A stretch of 64,000 nucleotides of DNA, from contig CAWDVR010000001.1 of the NCBI GenBank assembly GCA_963805975.1, positions 928,001-992,000 on the forward strand. Reading direction: 5' to 3'. Below are positions 29,511 through 37,709 of this stretch, in pieces; position 1 is the stretch's first letter; each line of letters begins with the position of its first letter. The translations under genes and the position numbers were made by a program. The stretch is from an uncultured Acidobacteriota bacterium (lineage in GTDB: Bacteria; Acidobacteriota; Thermoanaerobaculia; Multivoradales; SZUA-115). The notes under the pieces are model-generated. The model saw nothing but the letters and a program-made list of their open reading frames with translations. It made no database searches and was not told the DNA's origin.

Positions 29511-30866
29511 ATGACGCCGAGAAAGCATTTCGTCCTCGCCGCTCTCTCTCTACTCTCTTCCGCGCTCCTACCTATTTTGCCGGGGCCTTCGGCGCTCGGG
29601 GGGGAGCCGCGGCTCACCGCCCTGGTCGGCGGCCGGCTGATCGACGGCTACGGCGGGCCGCCGCTCGCCGACAGCGTGGTGCTGATCGAGGGCGAGACCA
29701 TCCAGGCCGTGGGCCGGGTGGGCGAGCTGGCGGTGCCGGCGGGCGCCGAGGTGATCTCGACCGAGGGCATGGACGTGCTGCCGGGCCTCTGGGACATGCA
29801 CGTCCACCTGATGATCGTCGGCCACGCCGACTACGACTACTGGGACAAGACCTACCCGCCGCAGTTCCGTGAGGTCATCATGCCCGCGGCGGCGAAGCAG
29901 TTGCTCCTGGCCGGCGTCACCAGCGCGCGGGACCTGGGCGCACCGCTCGACGACATCCTCGCGGTGCGCGAGCGCGTCAACCGCGGCGAGATCCCCGGCC
30001 CCACGCTCTACGTCTCCGGCCCGTTCCTCCAGCACGCGCCCTACCCGGGCACCGAGCTCTTTCGCTGGGGCATCGCGGGCACCGCCGACGCGCGGACCAA
30101 GGTGAAGCGCCTGGCGGATGCCGGCGTCGACCTCGTCAAGCTGATCGACCAGGACCAGATGACCCTGGACGAGGTCAAGGCGATCGTCGACGAGGCCCAC
30201 CAGCGCAAGCTCCTGGTGATCGCCCACGCGCATCGCCCGGAGGAGATCCGCCGCGGCATCGCCGCCGGGGTGGACAACTTCGAGCACACCGGCCTGGGCA
30301 CTGCGCCCGAGTACCCGGCGGACGTCCTCGAGCTGATGAAGGGCCGCGCCAACACGCTCTTCTGGACGCCGACCATCGGCCCCCTGACGCTCTTCGAGGA
30401 GACCCGCGACAACCCCGAGCGCATCGACGACCCGCGCTGGCAGGTGGGGCTGCCCCCCGCCGTGGTGGCGGACATCCGGCGCTCGCTGGCGCACCCCGAC
30501 CGCCTCGACTACTACCGCTTCGTGACCCTGCGGCAGCCCACGTTGCAGCGCAAGTTCGAGCAGCTCCGTTCCTCGGGCGTGGTGCTGCTGGTGGGCACGG
30601 ACAGCGGCGTGCCGTTCAACTTCCACAGTGACTCCACGTGGCGGGAGATCGAGGCCTGGGTGCACCGGTTCGGCGTGCCGGCGATGGACGCCATTCGCGC
30701 CGCCACCTACTGGCCGGCGGTGGCGCAGAAGGTGGATCGGCAGGTGGGCACGGTCACGCCCGGCAAGCGCGCCGACATCATCGCGGTGCGGGGCGACGTG
30801 CTGCGCCACGTGGCGCTGCTCTCCGACGTCGATCTCGTGATCAAGCGTGGCGTGCGCTACAAGTAG
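29511..30866 (+). CDS. Secreted amidohydrolase family protein
   Basis: PGLWDMHVH, AHAH, FEH, VGTDSG, GKRADII. Confidence 0.9.
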   Translation: MTPRKHFVLAALSLLSSALLPILPGPSALGGEPRLTALVGGRLIDGYGGPPLADSVVLIEGETIQAVGRVGELAVPAGAEVISTEGMDVLPGLWDMHVHLMIVGHADYDYWDKTYPPQFREVIMPAAAKQLLLAGVTSARDLGAPLDDILAVRERVNRGEIPGPTLYVSGPFLQHAPYPGTELFRWGIAGTADARTKVKRLADAGVDLVKLIDQDQMTLDEVKAIVDEAHQRKLLVIAHAHRPEEIRRGIAAGVDNFEHTGLGTAPEYPADVLELMKGRANTLFWTPTIGPLTLFEETRDNPERIDDPRWQVGLPPAVVADIRRSLAHPDRLDYYRFVTLRQPTLQRKFEQLRSSGVVLLVGTDSGVPFNFHSDSTWREIEAWVHRFGVPAMDAIRAATYWPAVAQKVDRQVGTVTPGKRADIIAVRGDVLRHVALLSDVDLVIKRGVRYK

Positions 30867-30902
30867 GATTTCGCACTCGACCGAATGTACTAAGCTTTCC
30901 GC

Positions 30903-32516
30903 ATGCGGTACTCGATCCCAAGGAAGTCGCGGCGCGTGCCGCTGGTCACGGAAGTCCATCTGAAGCTCGAGGAAGTGCCGGACCCGGTCACCGCGGTGAC
31001 CACCAACGTTTCGCTGGGCGGCATGTCGGTGGCGGTGGAGCGCACCGCCGAGGTGGGCTCGCTCGCCGCCTTCGAGCTCGAGGTCGGCGGCGCTCTGGTC
31101 GAGGGCACCGGCGAGGTCGCCTGGGTGCGGGGGGAGTCGGCGGGCCCGGACGTCGAGACCGGCATGGGGATCCGCTTCCGCTACCTCTCGCCCGGGAGCC
31201 GCGAGCGGATCTTCCGCCTCGTGCAGTGGTACTCGAACCAGAGCGGCTCGCCCAGCCCGCAGGAGGTGGCGGCCGCGGCCAGCGGTCTGACGCCGCCGCC
31301 CGGCGGAGTGCGCAACCCGGCGCCGCCGCGCGCCGCACCGTCCCCCTCCGGCCCCGCGACGCCGGCGACAGAGCCGGTCGTGCTGCCCGAGCCGATGGAC
31401 CCGGCGCCCGCTCCCAAGGCGCCCCAGTCCCCGGCGCCCGCTTCCACGGCACCCGAGCCCGAGCCGAGGCTTTCGCCCGAGTGGGAGCTCGAGGAAGACC
31501 TCGACTTCGATCTGCCGGGCCCGGCCGCGGTGGCGCCTCAGCCCGCCGTGGTGGTGGACGAGGACGATGACATCCCGCCGCTGCCGCCGGGCTACGGCGG
31601 CGCGCCGGCCTCCGAGGCCGCCTGGGTAAGGCCCGAGCCCGAACGGCTGGTGTTGCCTTCGGCGCCGGAGGACCCCGCGGTGTCGCCGGCCGACCTGGCG
31701 CAGGTGCCGTTCGCGCGCGCGGCGTCACCCCAGGGGATGCGCGGCGTGGGCTACGCCCGCCGGCGCCGAGGCGGCGTCTGGATGTGGATCGCGGTGCTCC
31801 TGCTACTGGCGCTCGGCATGTTCGCCGCGGTCCGCTGGTGGATGGTGGCGCAGCAGATGGGCCTGGTGCCGGGCCGCGACGAGCGCCCGGCCTCCGCCGC
31901 CTCTCTGGCCGGCACCGCGCCGGCCACCACGGCCCGGCCGACGCTCGGCTCGAGCGTGCCGCGCCGTGAGGATGCGGAGCGGTTGCCGGCCGCCACGGCG
32001 ACGAGCGCCGGCGAGGATGCCGTGCCGGCGGAGGCCGCCCAGCCCCTGGCCGAGCCCGAGCCTCCGCCTTCCGACGCGCTCCCCGAACCCGACACGGGCG
32101 CACCGGCTGCGCTGGAGCCTGCCGTGCCCGCGGCCCCCGCTCCCGCGGCGCCGGCGGCTCCCCTGGCCGCGGCGGCTTCCGCGGTGCAGTCCATCCGCTG
32201 GGAGGCGGGCTCCGGCTCCACGACCGTGGTGATCCAGGCCGACGGCGAGGTGCCGCGCGCCAGCCTGGTCGCCAGCCCGCTCTCCGGCGGCAGCCCCCGG
32301 CTGCTGCTGCGCATCCGCGGCATCGGCCGCCAGTACCCGCAGGCCCGGCTGGCCGTGGGCACGCCCGAACTGACCTCGATCCGCACCGGCCTGCACGCCA
32401 CCGACCTGGGCTCGGAGCTGCACGTGGTGCTCGACCTCGGCAGCGCGCGGGTCGTGCTCACCGGCCTCGAGACCACGGGCGGAACCATCCGCGCCGTCCT
32501 CTCGCACACCACCTAG
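30903..32516 (+). CDS. PilZ domain - Pro-rich linker - TM - AMIN-like domain protein
   Basis: RKSRR (RxxxR) and NVSLGG PilZ motifs, GMGIRF, a single TM, and C-terminal PRLLLRI..IRTG..LHVVLDL. Confidence 0.8.
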   Translation: MRYSIPRKSRRVPLVTEVHLKLEEVPDPVTAVTTNVSLGGMSVAVERTAEVGSLAAFELEVGGALVEGTGEVAWVRGESAGPDVETGMGIRFRYLSPGSRERIFRLVQWYSNQSGSPSPQEVAAAASGLTPPPGGVRNPAPPRAAPSPSGPATPATEPVVLPEPMDPAPAPKAPQSPAPASTAPEPEPRLSPEWELEEDLDFDLPGPAAVAPQPAVVVDEDDDIPPLPPGYGGAPASEAAWVRPEPERLVLPSAPEDPAVSPADLAQVPFARAASPQGMRGVGYARRRRGGVWMWIAVLLLLALGMFAAVRWWMVAQQMGLVPGRDERPASAASLAGTAPATTARPTLGSSVPRREDAERLPAATATSAGEDAVPAEAAQPLAEPEPPPSDALPEPDTGAPAALEPAVPAAPAPAAPAAPLAAAASAVQSIRWEAGSGSTTVVIQADGEVPRASLVASPLSGGSPRLLLRIRGIGRQYPQARLAVGTPELTSIRTGLHATDLGSELHVVLDLGSARVVLTGLETTGGTIRAVLSHTT

Positions 32517-33732
32517 GACGATTCGCCGGCCGGGACCTCGGCGGCGAGCCGCTGGAGCGTGGAGCCGACCTCGGCCAACGCGCCTTCGGCCACCTCTCCG
32601 AGCCAGGCCTGGAGCAGCGCGACCGCCGCCTGCGCCGGGTCGTCCTGTACCTCGGCGCTCGAGGTTTCGAGCAGCAAGGCGTAGTCCCTGATCTCGGCCG
32701 CCCAGCCCTCGGCCTGGCGGGCCATGCCGGCGAGGCGCAAGGACAGCCGCGCCGCCGGGTCGAGGGCCGCCAGCGCCGGCCCCACGGTCTGCTCGCTGCA
32801 GGCAGCGGCTTCGAGCGCTGCGCCTTGGAGCGTGTTGATCACCTGGTGCAGGGCCAGCGCAAGGCCGGCCCCGGCCTCGGTCCTCAGCTCCTCCTCGGCC
32901 ATCGACTCGTAGGCGGCCAGGAGCCGGCCGGCCAGGTCCCTCGCCTGCCGGTGCGCGAAGTGGAGCGCCTGCCACGGGCCGACCGCCCAACCGGCTTCCG
33001 GCGGCAGCTCGGCCGGGATCGTGAGCTCTTCGAGCTCCTCGATAGCCGGGCGCACGTGGCCGTCGAGCGCTTTGCGCAGCGCCAGCGACAGCGCCAGCCA
33101 GACGGCGAGCCTCCCGGGCATCTCCCGCGCCGCGAGCAGCCATTCGTAGCGGTCCACCGCGGCCTGGAGCGAGCGCTCGGCCAGACGCAGGGCCACCAGG
33201 GCGCGCCGGCAACTGTAGGCCGCCGGGTCGCGGGGAAAGGCGTCGCGGAAGACCTCGAGCTCCTCCGGCCCGGCCGGTGACCGAGGACGCCGGCCTGCAG
33301 CAGGCCCTGGAGATCCGCCGCGAGCAGCGCGCTCGCGTGCTCGTGGTAGGCCGCCTCCAGATCGCCCTGCTCGAACCGCTCCCGAGCTTCCGTGCCACGG
33401 TCGAGCGCGCTGGCCAGGATCTCCAGCTCATGGAGGATCCCCATGCTGCGCCGGCGCGCGGAGCTGGTGCCGGGGCGTGTCTCTCGCGGCAGGCTTTTCT
33501 GTGCCGCCCGGGCGAAAAGGGCGCGGCCCGCGCTCTCCAAAGCCTCGGCTTCTTGAGTGGAGAAGCACTGGAGGAAGATCTCGGAGAACGCCGAGAAGCC
33601 TGCTTCGGCGAGGCGGGATTCCACCAGCTCGGCCTGTTGGAGAGTGGCTCCCCCCGGCTGCGGCGTCTGGATGCGCTCGGACTTGAGCTTGGTTCCGGAG
33701 GGCTTCCTGCCGGTGGCGGGTGGATCGCTCAT
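32513..33732 (-). pseudogene. Helical hypothetical protein (N-terminal KLKSERIQ) split by a -1 frameshift near 33270
   Basis: ATG at 33732 with a GAGGAG RBS. Adding one G to CCGGGCCG joins the 5-prime ORF to ORF 32513..33196 (..GHRPGPEELEVFRDAFPRD..). Confidence 0.65.
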
Positions 33733-33790
33733 CGTCTCTCTCCGTCTCCTCGTGGGTGCTCCAGCGAGAAACTGTTGCCCAGGGCGCATT

Positions 33791-33819
33791 TGTTACTTCA
33801 GAGAGGAAGAACCGTAACA
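33791..33819. promoter_or_regulatory. Candidate operator TGTTAC-N17-GTAACA in a divergent promoter region
   Basis: Inverted hexamers in the AT-rich spacer between the 33732(-) and 33897(+) starts. Confidence 0.35.
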
Positions 33820-33881
33820 TGGAGGAAATAACCGCAATCGAGCACTTTCTCTCTCCAGAGCGAGACACTCTAAGGGGTCGC

Positions 33882-33890
33882 TGCTAGGCT
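33882..33890 (+). promoter_or_regulatory. Extended -10 (TGcTAGGCT) of a leaderless transcript
   Basis: 6 nt upstream of the GTG at 33897, no SD sequence. Confidence 0.5.
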
Positions 33891-33896
33891 GGTCCG

Positions 33897-34679
33897 GTGG
33901 AACCCGAGGTCGAGGTCGATCGGCTGAGCCGCGAGCTGGTGGACTTGGTGCACCGCGCCGGTGTGCCGCTGTTCGAGGTGAGCCGCGACATCGGCCGCCA
34001 TCCCAACTACCTGTCGCGGGCGTTGCGCGGCGGCATCGAGCTCAAGGTGCGCGACGTCTTCGCCGTGCTGCTGCAGATCCACCTCAGCCCACGGCAGCTC
34101 TTTCTCTGGCTCTACCCGCTCGGGGGCGAGCTGGCGGCGCGGCGTGATCCGGCCCAAGGCGGAGTACCGGACGATGCCACCGAGCGCCTGCTGCGGAAGA
34201 TCGAGATGGAGAAGGGCCATCTCCGGCGCACGCCCGAGGACTGGACGGCCCGCGTCGCCGGCCTGGTACGTGATCTCCTGCGGCGCAAGGGCGTACCGCA
34301 GGCAACCGCGAGCCAGGAGCTGGGCCTGGGGCCGAGGGCCTTGCCCCAGGTGCTGGCGGGGAAGACCAAGCTCAAGCTGAGCCATCTCTTCCGGGTGCTG
34401 GCCCTTACCGAGACGCCTCCCGGCCGGTTCTTCCTCGAGCTGTTCGGCGCTCCCGAGGGTGACGCTTTCGCCGCGCTCCAGTGGGTGCGCTACCTCGATG
34501 CCCTGGAGAAGGGCTATCCGCGGATGCTCGCGGCGCAGGCGGCCAAAGCAGGGAGGGAAGGAGCCGCGGGCGAGCCGCCGGCTGCGCCGGGACCGGTGGA
34601 GCAGGCGACAGGGAGGCGTCCGCGCCGCGGCCCCGGCCGGCCGCCGCGCCGCCGGCGGGAGCCCTCGTCCGGGCCTTGA
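33897..34679 (+). CDS. Transcriptional regulator with two XRE-like HTH domains
   Basis: Internal repeat: VSRDIGRHPNYLSRALRGGIELKVRDVFAVL and ASQELGLGPRALPQVLAGKTKLKLSHLFRVL. Confidence 0.75.
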   Translation: MEPEVEVDRLSRELVDLVHRAGVPLFEVSRDIGRHPNYLSRALRGGIELKVRDVFAVLLQIHLSPRQLFLWLYPLGGELAARRDPAQGGVPDDATERLLRKIEMEKGHLRRTPEDWTARVAGLVRDLLRRKGVPQATASQELGLGPRALPQVLAGKTKLKLSHLFRVLALTETPPGRFFLELFGAPEGDAFAALQWVRYLDALEKGYPRMLAAQAAKAGREGAAGEPPAAPGPVEQATGRRPRRGPGRPPRRRREPSSGP

Positions 34680-34685
34680 AGAAGG

Positions 34686-35834
34686 TCAATGCAGGCGCAG
34701 GGCGTGGAGCTGGTCGATGACCTTCGAGACCTGCGCCGCCGTGGCGCCGGAACGCCGGGCCGAGTCCGCGAAGAGCAGCAGGCTCGCCGCGGCTTCGCGC
34801 GGGATGGCCTTGTCCACGAACACGGGGTACATCTCCTCGACAAGTTGCTTCACCTTGCGCAGGTCGTGCTCCTCGGCATGGACCAGGGCCAGGTCCAGGG
34901 TGGAGAGCGCGGCCTCGTAGGCCAAGCCCTCCTTCTGGAAGCCGACCCGCACCGAGTCCAGGTACTCGATGGCCTCCGCCCGCTCGTGGCAGCGAGCATG
35001 GAGGCGGCCCTTGATCCAGCGGCCCCGCAGTGTGAGGCGCCGGTCGCCAACGAGGGGGTAGGCTACCTCGCAGGCCATGGCCATGAGGAGGGCCTGATCG
35101 TAGCGGCCGAGGTCGGCGAGTAACTGCACACTCGGATGCACCGCCCGGAAATAGAGCTCAGGGTCACGCTGAGAATCGAGCAGCTCAAGGGCGCGGAGCA
35201 CCTCGTCGAAGGCCTGCTGAGGCTTTCCCGTGTACGAGAACGCAATGCCGAGCGCTACGCGGAGCTTTCCCTCGCCGTGAGGATCGCCGAGTTTTGCCTG
35301 GAAGCGCAACGCCGCACGAAGGAGGTCAGTCGCTTCGTGGAATCTGCGCTGCGACCTCCTGAGTGCTGCCTGCATGCGAAGGGCATCGATCTGGAGGAGG
35401 CGGTCACCACTGCCACGGCTCAGGGCGAGATGTACCTTGCGCCAGAGTCGTTCTGCGCTGGAAAAGCACCCTTGAATACGCTGCAGGTTCGCGAGGTAGG
35501 CCAACGCCTCGACACAGAGATCCGCGGCGATCCTGGTCTGAGGAAACACTCTGACTGCGCGAAGCGCAACTTCGAGTGCGCGCCTCGCAAGGCGCATTGA
35601 CTCACCAAGGTCTCGCTCTCGGACCTTCGTGGCCCGGCCGAGCAAATGCTGCACCAGATCAGGGTAGACGGCTGGCGCATACTCCTTAAGGAGACACCGC
35701 CGCTCGGCTCGGGAGGCCGCAACCAGTTGCTCGGCGAACGCCACCGCTGAGGCCGGACGGGCCGCTGCCATCCCGCCCGCATTCTCCATCGCCCGGCGGA
35801 TCACGGCATCGTACGACACGCCTTCCTGCCTCAT
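34686..35834 (-). CDS. Cytoplasmic TPR-like helical-repeat protein
   Basis: Repeated amphipathic units (LAYLANLQRIQGCFSSAE, ALGIAFSYTGKPQQAF, LLADLGRYDQAL). No signal peptide or HTH. Confidence 0.75.
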   Translation of the reverse strand: MRQEGVSYDAVIRRAMENAGGMAAARPASAVAFAEQLVAASRAERRCLLKEYAPAVYPDLVQHLLGRATKVRERDLGESMRLARRALEVALRAVRVFPQTRIAADLCVEALAYLANLQRIQGCFSSAERLWRKVHLALSRGSGDRLLQIDALRMQAALRRSQRRFHEATDLLRAALRFQAKLGDPHGEGKLRVALGIAFSYTGKPQQAFDEVLRALELLDSQRDPELYFRAVHPSVQLLADLGRYDQALLMAMACEVAYPLVGDRRLTLRGRWIKGRLHARCHERAEAIEYLDSVRVGFQKEGLAYEAALSTLDLALVHAEEHDLRKVKQLVEEMYPVFVDKAIPREAAASLLLFADSARRSGATAAQVSKVIDQLHALRLH

Positions 35835-35908
35835 GGTGCCTGCGAGTTTACCGCAGGGCGGAAAACCGCAGGAAAGCGATTTATTCCCAACGCGTGGGAC
35901 GGGCGCCC

Positions 35909-36262
35909 TCAGCGCTTACCGTCCGGGTCCCCCAAGGGCCCGTCCTCCGTGCAGTCGCCGAGGCCACGCCCAGCTGGGTCGAGGGCTGGCCCATCATTCG
36001 TGCAGTCTCCAATCCCGCAGCCGTTGGGGTCCAACGCCGGCCCATCGCTTGGCAGATCGCCGGCCCCGTCGCCAGTGGGGGCCGACGCGCGCCCGTCAGT
36101 GTCAGCCCCCGGGCCATCCTTGGCCCACAAGTCCGCCAGCCAACCCCACGCCACCGCCCACCAGCCGACACCGAGCCGCATTGGCGCGGCCCAAGCCGCG
36201 GGAGCGGCGAGCGCCACGACCAAAAACAGCGCCGTGAGGCGACGAGTTATCGAGATCTTCAT
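35909..36262 (-). CDS. Secreted multi-core precursor peptide with four xDGPxxD(P/T)xG motifs
   Basis: AAGGAGG RBS, signal peptide ending AWA, Trp-rich amphipathic helix, and cores KDGPGADTDG, SDGPALDPNG, NDGPALDPAG, EDGPLGDPDG. Confidence 0.8.
   Translation of the reverse strand: MKISITRRLTALFLVVALAAPAAWAAPMRLGVGWWAVAWGWLADLWAKDGPGADTDGRASAPTGDGAGDLPSDGPALDPNGCGIGDCTNDGPALDPAGRGLGDCTEDGPLGDPDGKR
35918..36061 (-). repeat. Intragenic 51-bp (17-aa) tandem repeat, about 3 copies
   Basis: GDLPSDGPALDPNGCGI / GDCTNDGPALDPAGRGL / GDCTEDGPLGDPDG. Confidence 0.8.
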
Positions 36263-36595
36263 ACTTCCTCCTTCACTGCTGCGAGTCCACGGCCAGCCAC
36301 CCCGGCGGACCGATCGAGCGGCTTGACCCCTGCCATTGTGTGGCGGTTGGCCCTCGAAAGCACCCTATTGGAGCGAAAAATATCTAGAAAGCGTGACACG
36401 AGGCCGCCGAGCGGCATTCGGGGATGCCTCGGCTGCCAGGAGCCGCGCGGTCCGAGGCGGCCGGCGGAGTAGAGGGCCGGGCTGAGCGGTCGTGTGGCGC
36501 GGGCTCTCGGGCGACCGCCCTAAAGGCGCATCGCGATTGTCTTTTCACCGTCACGAGCGCGGGCCTGGTTTGGGCTACACTAGGCGGTCCTGGTC

Positions 36596-37708
36596 ATGCG
36601 TGAAGGCACTTCGGTCAGCCAGCTCGATCGGCTCAAGCGCGAGATGCTGCGCCGTGCGGTCGAGGAGAACCTCGAACTGATCCACGGCCGCTTGCCGCGC
36701 GTCGCCAAACCGGCGCGCCGGCGCTCCTGGGTGAAGGGCGCCGCCCTGGCGCTCGCCTTGCCCGCCGGACTCCTGGTCTCGAGCTACGCCTGGACCGGCA
36801 ACCACGCGGGCACCGCGGCCCAGCCCGCGGCCGGCTTGGCCGCCAGCACAATCGAGGGGAGCGAGGCGGCCGGTGCACCGGAGATCGTCTTCCCGGCCGT
36901 GCGCCCCGGCGAGGCGAGCGGGCCGCCGGAGCTCGCGACCGAGCTGCTGGCCGCCGCCACCGCCGCGCCCGTGGACGCCGGCGTGTTCCCGCTCGAGGTG
37001 CGACGGGTGGTGATCGATCCCGGCCACGGCGGCGAGGCGCTCGGCACCCACGTCAAAGACGGCATGATCGAGAAAGAGATCACGCTCGACATCGGGCTGC
37101 GCCTGAAGCGCATCCTGGCGGAGGCCGGCCTCGAAGTGGTGATGACCCGCGAGCGGGACCAGGCCGTCTCTCTCCAGGAGCGCGCCCAGATCGCCAACCA
37201 GGCGGCGGCGGACATCTTCGTCTCCATCCACGTCAACTGGATCGACGACGGCGGTGACACGCGCGGGGTCGAGACCTACTTCCTGGGCACCGCCCAGGAG
37301 GCGTACCTGAACCGCCTGGCCGCTTTCGAGAACCACGACTCCGGCTATGCGCTGGCCGACCTGCGGACACTGCTCGACAAGATCTACAGCGGCGTGCGGG
37401 TGAGCAAGTCCCGCGACTTGGCCGAGGCCGTGCAGGCGTCGCTCTACCGCTCGCTCTACAAGGTCAACCCGGAGCTCCGCAACCGGGGCGTCAAGACCGC
37501 CCCCTTCATCGTCCTCGTCGAGACCCAGATGCCGGCGATCCTGGCCGAGGTCTCGTGCCTGTCCAACGACCGCGAGGCCTCTCTGCTGTCGCAGCCCCTC
37601 TACCGGCAGTTCATCGCCGAGTCGCTGGCGCGCGGTGTCACGGACTACGCCGGTACGGCCTCGGCTCCCGCGTCCGTCGCGGTCGCCTCTCTCTCGAAAG
37701 GAAAGTGA
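36596..37708 (+). CDS. N-acetylmuramoyl-L-alanine amidase (Amidase_3) with N-terminal membrane anchor
   Basis: VVIDPGHGG, IEKEITL, MTRE, FVSIHVN, LAEVSCLSN. Hydrophobic segment after a basic N-terminus. Confidence 0.92.
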   Translation: MREGTSVSQLDRLKREMLRRAVEENLELIHGRLPRVAKPARRRSWVKGAALALALPAGLLVSSYAWTGNHAGTAAQPAAGLAASTIEGSEAAGAPEIVFPAVRPGEASGPPELATELLAAATAAPVDAGVFPLEVRRVVIDPGHGGEALGTHVKDGMIEKEITLDIGLRLKRILAEAGLEVVMTRERDQAVSLQERAQIANQAAADIFVSIHVNWIDDGGDTRGVETYFLGTAQEAYLNRLAAFENHDSGYALADLRTLLDKIYSGVRVSKSRDLAEAVQASLYRSLYKVNPELRNRGVKTAPFIVLVETQMPAILAEVSCLSNDREASLLSQPLYRQFIAESLARGVTDYAGTASAPASVAVASLSKGK

Positions 37709-37709
37709 A

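Noticed and set aside
35918-36061. CRISPR-like or non-coding repeat
   Set aside because: The period is 51 bp and in frame within a coding sequence. There are no unique spacers and no cas genes.
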